Shown in pieces: positions 38,889 to 48,556 of a stretch of DNA of 64,000 bases. Position 1 is the stretch's first letter, and the number at the start of each line of letters is the position of its first letter. Location: contig JBAZXR010000001.1 in assembly GCA_041659765.1 (NCBI GenBank), forward strand, positions 787,338 to 851,337, in the 5' to 3' direction. This DNA comes from Patescibacteria group bacterium (GTDB taxonomy: Bacteria; Patescibacteriota; Patescibacteriia; UBA9934). The notes beneath the pieces are model-generated. The model did no database searches and had not been told where the DNA came from. It saw nothing but the letters and a program-made list of their open reading frames with translations. Position numbers and translations under genes: made by a program.

Positions 38889-39299
38889 TTACAAGATAGC
38901 TTGATGGAAATTGGTGCCGGCAAGCATGACCAAAAATGCATGCGTAGCTGGATACGCTGGAAGATTCACAGCCTCAACCAATGAGAACCAGCCTGATTCA
39001 GCGATTTCTGTCTGCTGGATCTTGAATTCCGCCCCCTTTGGCACCCGTGCAGTAAAACAATGCACCTCACCTTCACCAAAATCAAACGGAACGACCGAAA
39101 TCTTCTGTAGGTCACTCGCCTGAAGGTCGAGACCGGTCTCTTCTAGAACTTCACGAACAGCCGCAGCTTCTGCAACCCCATCCTCTGGTTCTATTCCTCC
39201 CCCAACTGGCTGCCACTTATCAGGATAATCGTGCGTTCTAACCAAAAATATCTTCCCCTCCTCGTTCATCAAAGCCACAATCGCTACATCTCTTTTCAT
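38889..39299 (-). CDS. NUDIX hydrolase
   Basis: GGGIEPEDGVAEAAAVREVLEETG Nudix box. Confidence 0.75.
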   Translation of the reverse strand: MKRDVAIVALMNEEGKIFLVRTHDYPDKWQPVGGGIEPEDGVAEAAAVREVLEETGLDLQASDLQKISVVPFDFGEGEVHCFTARVPKGAEFKIQQTEIAESGWFSLVEAVNLPAYPATHAFLVMLAGTNFHQAIL

Positions 39300-39652
39300 A
39301 GATTTTCAGCAATCTTGCTCACAAGCTCCTCACTAGTCGAGTACTCAATAAACGTTTTCGACACAGCCCTCAACGAGCCGGCGACTTTGGTTCCGGATTT
39401 CGAAATGCAAATGATTGGCACTTCGAATACGTCTGCCCAGCCGAGTTCGATGCCGACGCCGGTGGCGGGATAGGAAACTTCGGCAATGACGAGGTCGCAG
39501 TCGCCCAGAAGTAATCGCTTAGAATCAAACTCCTCCGCACCATCGTGCGGGAAAACAAAGGTATGCTCTTTGGCTAGCGCGCTCTTTTTCAGCGGTTCGT
39601 ACAGGTCTTGTTGGTAGTCAAAACTCACTGAATGGGCAATGTAGATAACCAT
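39296..39652 (-). CDS. nucleoside 2-deoxyribosyltransferase-like protein
   Basis: ATGVGIELGWADVFEVPIICIS resembles the catalytic-Glu region DSGTAFEIGYAYALGKPV of the NDT family. Confidence 0.5.
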   Translation of the reverse strand: MVIYIAHSVSFDYQQDLYEPLKKSALAKEHTFVFPHDGAEEFDSKRLLLGDCDLVIAEVSYPATGVGIELGWADVFEVPIICISKSGTKVAGSLRAVSKTFIEYSTSEELVSKIAENL

Positions 39653-39670
39653 AGTTCTCCAAAAATAACC

Positions 39671-39910
39671 CTATCGAACAATCTCCCCAGGACACGCATC
39701 AAACTCGCAGTTGGGGCCGTGGCGAGCAACGTAAGAACCATCTGGGCATTGTTTGGCATCTTGCGTACAGAAGACGGGTTCTTCTGGGGGCATCGGTGTT
39801 GGCGACGGAATAGGTGTCGGAGTCGGTCTCGGTGTTGGCGTCGACAACGACATGCAGCCCGCGCCCATGAGAAGCATCGATCCAATGGCGAGCGCGAGAA
39901 TCTTTTTCAT
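39671..39910 (-). CDS. small Cys-containing lipoprotein with Pro/Thr linker
   Basis: MKKILALAIGSMLLMGAGC lipobox; 79 aa. Confidence 0.45.
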   Translation of the reverse strand: MKKILALAIGSMLLMGAGCMSLSTPTPRPTPTPIPSPTPMPPEEPVFCTQDAKQCPDGSYVARHGPNCEFDACPGEIVR

Positions 39911-39983
39911 ATATGACTATCGTAACACACGCTTGCAAAGACTCCTCAAAAAAGCTACCCTTTTACTGGTTTTTACCACGCCT

Positions 39984-40073
<90 letters not shown>

Positions 40074-40181
40074 CGAAAATGTCTTATCGGATAACCCGCT
40101 CGCCTCAGGGCAGACGGAGCGATCCATAGGATCTTATCGATGCAAAACAACCCTTCGCGGGGTTGTTTTGTTATCACAGGT

Positions 40182-40901
40182 CTACTGTACAGGTATTGCG
40201 AGCGACCAACGTTCCTCGAAGTTTTTTCGTGTGATCATTGAAATGTCTTCACTAAGGCTAATGAGCATACTTTCTTTCTCGCCAAGATGGTTCAAACTAT
40301 TTCCTGAAAACCAGAAATGCTTTTTATCGGTGAAGTATCTGTCGTGCAAGTCGCCAGCTGCGTTAGTTCTAACTTCAATGGTGTAGCCCTCCTTTTTTAA
40401 GTCTTGAAGGGCTCTTGCGAATGAACCGCTGGGTTTGTCCGCAATCTTTTGGGTTAGGAGCTTAACAACAACTGCTTTCTTTAATCCTGCAATCACAACA
40501 TCTAAGGTATGGCAGTCCACGTACGGATCACAGACATATACGTTTCCGGATAGCTCAGAGATCATCGCTGCAAGAGACCTTTTGGCTGTGAAGGGTTTAT
40601 TTGGCTCAATAAAAGTAGCCTCGGCCCGGTCATTTTTAGTAGCCTTGAGCTGATTTTTGCCTGCCTCCATCAACCGATAACCCTCGCGATTTTTATGCAC
40701 CGCATGCCTTGCTGTCTTCAAAGCGTATTCAACAGCCTGATACGAAGTATTGATGCCGTGCGAATCTACAAGGTACTTTGCAATACCGACCGCCGTTAAC
40801 CGTCCGCTACCATGGTCTCCAATTTTGTCTAGTACCCAAAGAGCCTTCAAACGAACGGAACTGAGACTGTGCACATCAACCTGCTCGCTAATTCTTGGCA
40901 T
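40182..40901 (-). CDS. hypothetical protein (possible wHTH N-terminus; C-terminal HDRYFxD...FSGNSLN motif loosely PLD/HKD-like)
   Basis: A+T-rich ORF in islet 3' of tRNA-Ser; start uncertain (40952/40922/40901). Confidence 0.4.
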   Translation of the reverse strand: MPRISEQVDVHSLSSVRLKALWVLDKIGDHGSGRLTAVGIAKYLVDSHGINTSYQAVEYALKTARHAVHKNREGYRLMEAGKNQLKATKNDRAEATFIEPNKPFTAKRSLAAMISELSGNVYVCDPYVDCHTLDVVIAGLKKAVVVKLLTQKIADKPSGSFARALQDLKKEGYTIEVRTNAAGDLHDRYFTDKKHFWFSGNSLNHLGEKESMLISLSEDISMITRKNFEERWSLAIPVQ

Positions 40902-40905
40902 AACT

Positions 40906-41571
40906 TTACTTATAGACAACATAGAGCCACCGAGACTTCCCCTTCCCATCATTTTTTACCCTCGTCAGTATTTTCCGAGCAATAAAAGAGTCACGAATGG
41001 TTTTATCAATTACTCGAGAGTCACGAAAGACGTTGTTTTTTTCTAACTCGCTTACGACATCAAACATCGGTTTTGGAGTCGAGAAAAAGCCGTCATTAAC
41101 CAGTGTCTGAATATGGGAACCAATACCGGTGAATGCTTTTGATGACCTCGTTTTCTTTTTCATGGTCCGCACACCCCCTTCAGTGTCAGCGCTCTTCTCC
41201 AACTCGGACAGGAATGCGTCAATTTTGTAAGTATAAACAGAATACTCACCGTGACCCTCCTTTTTAACAAATCCTTCACTGGCCAATTTGCTTAGCCCCG
41301 AACCAATGGCCTCCATTCGCTGCCCGAGCACCTTAACAAGTTCACTCGGGCGAACTGTCCCAGGAATTTCCTCCTGAAAACAATGGGCAATGTGCCGGAT
41401 CACCAGACAAAGCCGCAATTGCTGAACTTTTGACAAATTCTTTGCATCAACAACAACCGTACCGTCACTAGTTATTCGGCCGAACTTAATCGCCCTGGTC
41501 GCCTGTTCTTCTGCGGTTTGTTTGTTGAAATCACCTTTGACAATAAACAAATTTTTAATATCGTCAGACAT
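40906..41571 (-). CDS. hypothetical protein (possible winged-helix region)
   Basis: 221 aa A+T-rich ORF, first gene of the two-gene islet. Confidence 0.4.
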   Translation of the reverse strand: MSDDIKNLFIVKGDFNKQTAEEQATRAIKFGRITSDGTVVVDAKNLSKVQQLRLCLVIRHIAHCFQEEIPGTVRPSELVKVLGQRMEAIGSGLSKLASEGFVKKEGHGEYSVYTYKIDAFLSELEKSADTEGGVRTMKKKTRSSKAFTGIGSHIQTLVNDGFFSTPKPMFDVVSELEKNNVFRDSRVIDKTIRDSFIARKILTRVKNDGKGKSRWLYVVYK

Positions 41572-41821
41572 ATCTTATCGGTTAGTTTTATTTCTTAGTT
41601 CGTATAATAGTCCTATTCTACAAGACATATTACGTTACGTCAATAAGGTAATATCGTATGGGATGAATATGAAATGACCGAGCTGGCCCACATGCCCTAA
41701 AATCTCCGCCCGATGAATCTTCAAAAACTCTTTCAAAGACCCTTGTGAATTTGGTGCTAAACCCACAGACACCGCCAACAAAACCCCATTTTGGGGTTTT
41801 GTTGTATCATCCTAACATTAT

Positions 41822-42733
41822 ATGCACACGTTCCTTCTCGCCCTCATCTCCCCCGCGCTCTGGAGCATGAGCAATCACATTGATAAGTACCTGGTCAGTA
41901 AATACTTTAAAGGCGGTGGCACAGGAGCACTCATTATCTTTTCTTCGATCGTTTTTGCCTTTCTTCTCCCCGTCATCTATCTGTTTAACCCGAGCGTAGT
42001 GGACGTGACCATAAGTCAGGCTCTTTTCATGATGCTTGCGGGAATTGTCTGGGTGTTTTCGGTTCTTTTCTACCTCTATGCCATGCAGGAGGGCGAGGCA
42101 ACATATGTTGCGATGCTTTTTCAAACCATTCCCGTCTTCAGTTTTATTCTTGGTACGATTTTTCTCCATGAAATCCTATCTGGGCGACAAATCACCGGTG
42201 CAACAATCGTGCTCCTTGCTGCGATCGGTCTCTCCCTGGAGCTCGGTGGAAGATTGCCGAGGTTAAAATCCAGGATGCTCCTGCTCATGCTGGGATCAAG
42301 TTTCCTCGTCTCACTCGGCTGGCTTATTCTGAAAATGGGTGCCATTGATGCCGGTTTTTGGACCGCCATGTTCTGGACGTATGCGGGCGATACAGTTGTC
42401 GGCGTGTGCTTCATCACACTCATACCGCGATGGAGAAAAGAATTCGTGATGAATATCCGGAGCAACTCGCTGCCGGTTCTGGGACTCAATATGTTTAACG
42501 AAGGCATTACCATCATTGCCGGGCTGAACTTTGCCTATCTCAGCCTCTCCATTCCCCTCGCCATTCTTTCAACATTGAATGGTTTTCAACCATTTTTCCT
42601 CTTCTTGTACGGCATTATCCTGACCGTTTTCTTTCCCCACATCTCCAAAGAAAGCTTGGCAACTCGTCATATCATCCAAAAAATTATTGCCGTCATTATC
42701 ATGATCATTGGAACGTACATTCTCAACACATAA
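41822..42733 (+). CDS. DMT-superfamily (EamA-like) transporter
   Basis: 303 aa, 10 TM helices in two EamA-like halves. Confidence 0.65.
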   Translation: MHTFLLALISPALWSMSNHIDKYLVSKYFKGGGTGALIIFSSIVFAFLLPVIYLFNPSVVDVTISQALFMMLAGIVWVFSVLFYLYAMQEGEATYVAMLFQTIPVFSFILGTIFLHEILSGRQITGATIVLLAAIGLSLELGGRLPRLKSRMLLLMLGSSFLVSLGWLILKMGAIDAGFWTAMFWTYAGDTVVGVCFITLIPRWRKEFVMNIRSNSLPVLGLNMFNEGITIIAGLNFAYLSLSIPLAILSTLNGFQPFFLFLYGIILTVFFPHISKESLATRHIIQKIIAVIIMIIGTYILNT

Positions 42734-42736
42734 CCT

Positions 42737-43546
42737 ATGAAAATCATCTCCCTCAATACCTTCGGCGGCAATGTTTTCGAGCCTTTAATGCAGTTTGTCG
42801 AGAAACTTGCGGCTGATACGGATGTTTTCTGCTTCCAAGAAATCATGAATGATGCGCACGGCGAGTTTCCGCAGCCAGAGAAGGGAGCGCGGCTTACCCT
42901 TTTGAAGGAACTGGTAAAGCGGCTGCCGGATTTTCAGATGTCGTTTATGGTTGCACAGGAGAAATATGATTTCGACGCGAACGAGAAAGGAAGTTCGGAT
43001 GAAGGCCTGGCAATCTTTGTAAGAAATGGGATTAGCATCGTGGGCAGAGGAAACTTTTTCATCATGAACGGCCTCAACACGTTTGTGCCTCATGACTATT
43101 CCACACTCGGCTCCCCCGCGATGTTTGTCCAGATCCCCTTTGGCGATACGATGCTAACCATTTGCAACGTCCACGGCAACTCTGAACCAGCCAACAAGCT
43201 CGACTCCCCCGCTCGCCTTCTGCAGTCGAAAAAGATTATCGACACGCTCGCGCATTTTAAGGGCGAAAAAATGGTGATGGGCGACTTCAATCTGTTTCCG
43301 GATACTGAAAGTATAAAAATGTTTGAACCCGCCGGTTACAAAAACCTCATCAAGGAATACGAAATCGCCACCACTCGCGGTTCACACATGCGCAAACTAC
43401 ATCCTCAGTTTGAGCACGGTAAATATGGTTTTCAAGACTTCGCTGACTACACCTTTGTGACCCCAGGAATCAACGTAAAGTCTTTTGAAGTTCCCGATGA
43501 ACCAATCTCCGACCACTTGCCGATGATTATAAAGATCGAGGGCTAG
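42737..43546 (+). CDS. endonuclease/exonuclease/phosphatase (EEP) family protein
   Basis: FCFQE, GDFN and C-terminal SDHLP motifs. Confidence 0.65.
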   Translation: MKIISLNTFGGNVFEPLMQFVEKLAADTDVFCFQEIMNDAHGEFPQPEKGARLTLLKELVKRLPDFQMSFMVAQEKYDFDANEKGSSDEGLAIFVRNGISIVGRGNFFIMNGLNTFVPHDYSTLGSPAMFVQIPFGDTMLTICNVHGNSEPANKLDSPARLLQSKKIIDTLAHFKGEKMVMGDFNLFPDTESIKMFEPAGYKNLIKEYEIATTRGSHMRKLHPQFEHGKYGFQDFADYTFVTPGINVKSFEVPDEPISDHLPMIIKIEG

Positions 43547-43628
43547 CGGAGAAAAACTTGCCGACTAATTAAAACTCCGCTAACATGCGCCCTTGTCTAG
43601 GAAACCCCCTGGATAAGACCCGCCTCAA

Positions 43629-44066
43629 ATGCCGCGTTTTGGAGAGTTCATGCGCCTTATTGCCGCCGCGTTCACTGGTCCTTGTCCGCTGTTTGACCTC
43701 TTTCCTGGTCAGAAGCGCCAGGACCCCGTCATGGACAACGCCCTGTGGTTCAATCACCGCGGGATGTTCCTCCAGAAGGGCGCGCTCGACGCCGCGGACA
43801 TCCGCCGCATCCAGGAGAACCTCGCCCTCGGCGAAGCGTTCGTCATCATGCGCCCCCACAAGTCCTTGGACGCCGCCGCCCAGGACCTCGAGTACGTGGC
43901 CAGTCATGCTGCGTACATCCTCACGCATGACCGCCTGATCCACGTGGACCCCGACGCCACGGCCGAGGACGAGAACTTCTTCCGGCGCAATGGCCTCGTC
44001 TTCGAGGTGATCTGTCTGACGGAAGCATTCGTGCTCCTCGATGAGATCGAGGTCGTTCCGGTCTAA
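43629..44066 (+). CDS. hypothetical protein, G+C-rich orphan
   Basis: 145 aa ORF with strong third-position G/C bias; start uncertain. Confidence 0.35.
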   Translation: MPRFGEFMRLIAAAFTGPCPLFDLFPGQKRQDPVMDNALWFNHRGMFLQKGALDAADIRRIQENLALGEAFVIMRPHKSLDAAAQDLEYVASHAAYILTHDRLIHVDPDATAEDENFFRRNGLVFEVICLTEAFVLLDEIEVVPV

Positions 44067-44092
44067 CGAGCGATTCGCGCGCGTTCAAACGC

Positions 44093-44122
44093 AAAACCCC
44101 CTACCGCAAGGCAGGGGGTTTA
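44093..44122. terminator. bidirectional rho-independent terminator
   Basis: aaaccccctaccgcaaggcagggggttt + T-run. Confidence 0.55.
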
Positions 44123-44124
44123 TC

Positions 44125-45189
44125 TTATTCATTCATTCTTTTCTTGAACTCGAACACGGTGGCGGTGTCTGTGGTTACGACACTGTTCAGAAGCGCGAGG
44201 TACAAACCAACGTAGCTGCCAAACTGGAGGACTTCGCCTACTTCGTCGAGTCTGGATTCACCTTTCGCGCCATATTCGATCACCGTAATGCCTTTTTTCT
44301 CCAAAATGTCGGCCGTGATGTCACATCTCTTTTGCGTCCTTGCATGATAATGGTTCGAACGTAGAAGAATGACCGTTGTATTTTGTGCTTGACCGACGGG
44401 ATATGAGAGCCCTTCCAAGAAATGATGGTTCAACTCGGGTAGTAATTGATATGTTGCAAACTGTTTAGCTGACTCATTCATTTGATTCTGCAGTATGTGA
44501 GCGTTGCCGGAAAGATGTTCTGCGGCAATGATGACAATCGAACGGTTTACAATTTCTTTAGCCACTTCTTTGGCCGGATTCTCAGTTGCCGGTACATCAG
44601 TTGCGCAGTTATCGATCACCTCGCCCATGGCCGACATCATGGAGGTCACTTCGGACTCTTTGATTTTCAAGATGCTCATTCTTTCAAGCATGCCCACGAT
44701 CCCGACGAGTGAAAACCCGGTGCCGTAACGCGGCTGTTTAGCCAAATCGCCTGGTTCAAAAATATAAGCTGGCCAGTTTTCTGCCTTGGCTAGCTCGGCA
44801 AGGGCACCGCCCGTGCAAATAACCGCCACTTTTGCTCTAAGTGCCTTAGCCTGTTCAGCGACAGCCAGCGTTTCTTCTGTCGTTCCTGAATAGCTCGACA
44901 AAATTACGAGCGTGTCTTTGTTTACAAAATTTGGCAGGGTGTAATCACTGAGCAGTTCGAATGGCACTGACAAACGGTCTGCTAAAACACACTTCAACAT
45001 GTGCGGACCAAGAATCGAGCCGCCCATCCCGGAAATCACGATGTTAGAGATTTCGCTGTAATTTTTAGGAAAAGTCAGTTCGCGCGTGTCATGCCAAGCC
45101 AACCGTGCCTGCTCTGGCAAGTGCTCAATTCCGTACCCAATATCCTCGGGGTCAAATTTTTTATAAACCTCGTCTTGATCAAGCAACAT
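44125..45189 (-). CDS. bifunctional phosphoglucose/phosphomannose isomerase (SIS-domain, PGI/PMI type)
   Basis: ISGMGGS and SYSGTTEE SIS motifs; start placed at MLLDQDEV to limit overlap with upstream gene. Confidence 0.6.
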   Translation of the reverse strand: MLLDQDEVYKKFDPEDIGYGIEHLPEQARLAWHDTRELTFPKNYSEISNIVISGMGGSILGPHMLKCVLADRLSVPFELLSDYTLPNFVNKDTLVILSSYSGTTEETLAVAEQAKALRAKVAVICTGGALAELAKAENWPAYIFEPGDLAKQPRYGTGFSLVGIVGMLERMSILKIKESEVTSMMSAMGEVIDNCATDVPATENPAKEVAKEIVNRSIVIIAAEHLSGNAHILQNQMNESAKQFATYQLLPELNHHFLEGLSYPVGQAQNTTVILLRSNHYHARTQKRCDITADILEKKGITVIEYGAKGESRLDEVGEVLQFGSYVGLYLALLNSVVTTDTATVFEFKKRMNE

Positions 45190-46342
45190 AGGCTGAACCA
45201 ATATTTTTTGTGAGCGCTGCTCGGTTAGAAACGTCACCGATCAAAATCGCTCCAACTAGCTTGCCGGCACGAATAAAGTGTTCCTCGTGCGGATTTAATT
45301 GTTTAATCTCATCAGCTAATTCACGGCTCGTATCGCCAATGAAAACAATCTGTAAGCCTAGGAAATTAGTGGAGTATGACGAGGTCAGCGCGAATTTAGT
45401 TCGCTCGCCAGCCATAGTCTTTCCTACTGCTCTACCTTGCATGAGCGCGTTCATCCAGTTGCCGTAGCGGATGCGCCGGCCGACCGTGGTGTCATCAAAT
45501 TCAGCCGCATCACCTGCAGTATACACATGGGCAATGCCGGTTTCGAGATACTCATTAGCCAAGATGCCACTCTTCGTGGGGATGCCAGCTTCCATAACCG
45601 TCTTCTCCGTGGCTCTAGCGCCGATTCCTACGCCTAGCAAACCGCACGGAATAGTTTGGCCATTTTTCAACTTCACGCCCATCAGTTCCTCGTCTCCTAA
45701 GAGCTCCGGCATGGGTTCGTCAAAATAAAGCGGGATATTGTGCTTCTTAGCCTGGTCAGCGAGCACTTGCTGGCTTTCGACTGAAAGTAACTTGGACCAA
45801 AAGCCGTGGCCGCGCATGGCAATCCCAAAAGGAATTTCAAAATGAGCAAAAATGCCCGCGTACTCCAAGGCGATAAATCCCCCGCCGTAAATAAATGCCC
45901 GGCGCTCCTCAACTGGCCGAGTTTTTAACTCGCTAATGAGGGCGATTAGATTATCAGCATCATCGACCGTTGATAAATACGACACGCCGCGCCGGTCATC
46001 GGGCAAGAGATCTATATCCGTACCGGTTGTTACCAACAAATCATCAAACGGCAACTCTCGCCCTTCGCTCGTGCGTACGAACTTATTTTTCAAATCAATC
46101 TCCTCAGCTCTAACCCCCAGCATCACTTCTATTTGGTGATCGTAATACCACTGCGGTTGTTTTAGAAATACTTTCTCGCGTCCAACCTTGCCTTTCACAT
46201 AATGCGGCAACAGGACGCGTGAGTAACATGGGTGCACTTCCGCGGACAAAATAATAATCGAACATTCTTTGTCGCGTGCTCTAAGCTCCTCGGCTGCAGT
46301 GGTGCCGGCAATTCCTCCGCCGATTATGAGTACGTTGCGCAT
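45179..46342 (-). CDS. FAD/NAD(P)-dependent pyridine nucleotide-disulfide oxidoreductase (ferredoxin/rubredoxin reductase-like)
   Basis: Start at MRNVLIIGGGIAGTTAAEEL (dinucleotide-binding GxGxxG), second GGGFIALE site. Confidence 0.7.
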   Translation of the reverse strand: MRNVLIIGGGIAGTTAAEELRARDKECSIIILSAEVHPCYSRVLLPHYVKGKVGREKVFLKQPQWYYDHQIEVMLGVRAEEIDLKNKFVRTSEGRELPFDDLLVTTGTDIDLLPDDRRGVSYLSTVDDADNLIALISELKTRPVEERRAFIYGGGFIALEYAGIFAHFEIPFGIAMRGHGFWSKLLSVESQQVLADQAKKHNIPLYFDEPMPELLGDEELMGVKLKNGQTIPCGLLGVGIGARATEKTVMEAGIPTKSGILANEYLETGIAHVYTAGDAAEFDDTTVGRRIRYGNWMNALMQGRAVGKTMAGERTKFALTSSYSTNFLGLQIVFIGDTSRELADEIKQLNPHEEHFIRAGKLVGAILIGDVSNRAALTKNIGSAYVA

Positions 46343-46343
46343 G

Positions 46344-46610
46344 TTAAACGTTCGGGTAAAGCTGAGCTCCGCTCTCGTCAAAGATAGAAATTGCGAGCGT
46401 TGGGCAAGACTGAGCAGAAACAATCAGATTTTCTTTCTCGGCCTCGGTCATTTCTACCGTTCGCTCGTAAGTAGGCCCGTCCGGAGACCGGCCCTGGTCT
46501 AGCACTTCGGCTTTATTTTCAGTATTTATTACAAACGAGTCCGGCGCCACCGTGACGCAGCTGGCCGCACCAATACACAAGTCTGGATCAACAACGATAC
46601 GAAGTTTCAT
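46344..46610 (-). CDS. ferredoxin (single [4Fe-4S]/[3Fe-4S] type)
   Basis: Start at MKLRIVVDPDLCIGAASC...CP; 88 aa; 3' end overlaps reductase start by 1 nt. Confidence 0.6.
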   Translation of the reverse strand: MKLRIVVDPDLCIGAASCVTVAPDSFVINTENKAEVLDQGRSPDGPTYERTVEMTEAEKENLIVSAQSCPTLAISIFDESGAQLYPNV

Positions 46611-46727
46611 ACGGGGGAAAGAATACAAGACTGCTATACTTTGAGCAATATATGCGCACACTCCTCACCCTGCTTCTTATTCATCTTTTATAGAAAGGGG
46701 GCATCAGACCCTGACGCCAGGAAGGGT

Positions 46728-47360
46728 CTAGAGATGGCTGCTATTAGCTTTCTCGACAATGAATTCTAGAACATCCGCTCGCTCGTACTCAGATGCTATT
46801 CTTGGAGAAAAATCGACTATCTCAAACCCAGCTTCGACAAGCAATGATCGGAACTCTTCTTCAGTAAAATATGTGTAGTATTTTTCGGCGCCCTCAAAAC
46901 GTTCATCTTTCACAAGTCCTTCTTCTGTACCAAGATAGATTGACCCGTAGAGCTTTCCCTTCTCAGCTAGCGCACCATTAAGTTTCTCTAATAAAGCAGA
47001 GATATCCTGCTTTGGGATATGGACAAACAGTCCTGACGCCCACATTCCATCGTATTTCTGCTCCTCCAAAGGAACGGATCGAATGTCACCAGTGAAAAAT
47101 TTACCCTCCGGAACAAGCTTCTGAGCTTTCTCGACCATAGCTTCCGAACCATCGATGCCCTCCACTCTCATTCCAGCGTCCGCAAAAGAACGGGAATCTC
47201 TTCCGTATGCGCAACCGATATCCAGGATCTGACCATGCTCCGGCACCAAGGAAGTGAAGCGATCAACCCAAGCATGTTTCTGGAGGTCTTTCGTCTTTGC
47301 CTCGAATGCCTCTGCCTGTTTGTTGTAAAAATCCGTCGTCTTTCTAAAGGCTTCATCCAT
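46728..47360 (-). CDS. class I SAM-dependent methyltransferase
   Basis: ILDIGCAYGRD motif I. Confidence 0.65.
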   Translation of the reverse strand: MDEAFRKTTDFYNKQAEAFEAKTKDLQKHAWVDRFTSLVPEHGQILDIGCAYGRDSRSFADAGMRVEGIDGSEAMVEKAQKLVPEGKFFTGDIRSVPLEEQKYDGMWASGLFVHIPKQDISALLEKLNGALAEKGKLYGSIYLGTEEGLVKDERFEGAEKYYTYFTEEEFRSLLVEAGFEIVDFSPRIASEYERADVLEFIVEKANSSHL

Positions 47361-47399
47361 ATTGACGGCATCCTACCACATGACGACATTAGCGATCCA

Positions 47400-48545
47400 C
47401 TAATGCAACTGAGTAGCTTTAAGGATTTCCTGCGCCAAATGAAGAACATCTTTTCTCTTTGTTCCGTGCCCAAAAGATACTCGAATACTCGCCTTCACCT
47501 CGTCTTCTGAGAATCCCATCGCTCGAAGGACATGACTTCTTGCTCCAGGGTTGGTGCAAGCACTCGCCGAGGAGATGAAAATACCCTTTGCATCGAGTCT
47601 GAGAACAATTTCTTCAGAATCTTTTCCTGGAATTTGGATATTTACAATGTGCGGAGCCGTAAGTTTCTTGTCGCCATTAATAACGACCCCAGGAATTGCT
47701 CGGGTGACTTCACGAATGAAGGCCTTGCGAATGCGGGCGAGCTTTTTTGACTCTTTCTCGCGTTCGGCTAAGGCGAGTGATGCGGCGACACCAAAGCCGA
47801 CAATGCCGGGAACGTTTTCCGTGCCGGCGCGAAGGCCATGTTCCTGGTTACCACCAAAAAGTAGCGCCTCGATGCGCGCATTCGGTCCGATAACAAGCGC
47901 GCCAACGCCCTTTGGCCCGCCAATTTTTGCTGCGCTGAAGCTGACGAGATCAAGATGGTCGCGCTCAACGGAAAGATCAAGATAGCCAACAGCCTGTGCA
48001 GCGTCAACGTGAAAAAGCGGCGTCTTTGGGGGCGGCAATCCGTCTTTTGGCTTTTTTAGTCGAAGAATTTCTCGGCCGATTTCGTTGATGGGATTGATGG
48101 TGCCGACTTCGTTGTTCACGGCCATGATGGAGACGACAACTGTATCCGGTCTGATCGCAGCGACAACATCCTCGACCTTCACCAGCCCGGCGTAGTCAAC
48201 AGGAACGAGAGAGACCTCGAAACCTTCGTTCTTAAGCGCCTCGAGCGTAGCTTTGTGTTCTACGGCAGAAGCAACAACATGCCGGCCAGTCCCTCGGTGA
48301 GCCTTCAAGGCACCGAAGAGTGCGAGGTTGATCGACTCGGTCGCACCAGAGGTGAACACGACGCCATCGGCACGTGCACCGACGAGTGCCGCGACATGCC
48401 CGCGAGCCTCCTCAATCGCTTTCTTCACCTCTACTCCCATTTTGTGGATGCTCGATGGGTTGCCGAAAGACTTCGAAAAATACGGCAACATAGCCCTTAA
48501 GGCTTCCTTGCGAACAGGCGTGGCGGCGGCGTGGTCTAAATACAT
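47400..48545 (-). CDS. cysteine desulfurase (NifS/IscS family, class V aminotransferase)
   Basis: Start at MYLDHAATP; full-length collinearity incl. PLP-Lys region SFSAAKIGGPKGVG and C-terminal SSASACT active Cys. Confidence 0.85.
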   Translation of the reverse strand: MYLDHAAATPVRKEALRAMLPYFSKSFGNPSSIHKMGVEVKKAIEEARGHVAALVGARADGVVFTSGATESINLALFGALKAHRGTGRHVVASAVEHKATLEALKNEGFEVSLVPVDYAGLVKVEDVVAAIRPDTVVVSIMAVNNEVGTINPINEIGREILRLKKPKDGLPPPKTPLFHVDAAQAVGYLDLSVERDHLDLVSFSAAKIGGPKGVGALVIGPNARIEALLFGGNQEHGLRAGTENVPGIVGFGVAASLALAEREKESKKLARIRKAFIREVTRAIPGVVINGDKKLTAPHIVNIQIPGKDSEEIVLRLDAKGIFISSASACTNPGARSHVLRAMGFSEDEVKASIRVSFGHGTKRKDVLHLAQEILKATQLH

Positions 48546-48556
48546 AATGCCCCACC

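Noticed and set aside
41700-41712. Possible attR-like direct repeat of tRNA-Ser 3' end (tctccgcc)
   Set aside because: Only 8 nt match. Too short to call an integration scar without a comparison genome; mentioned only as a weak lead.
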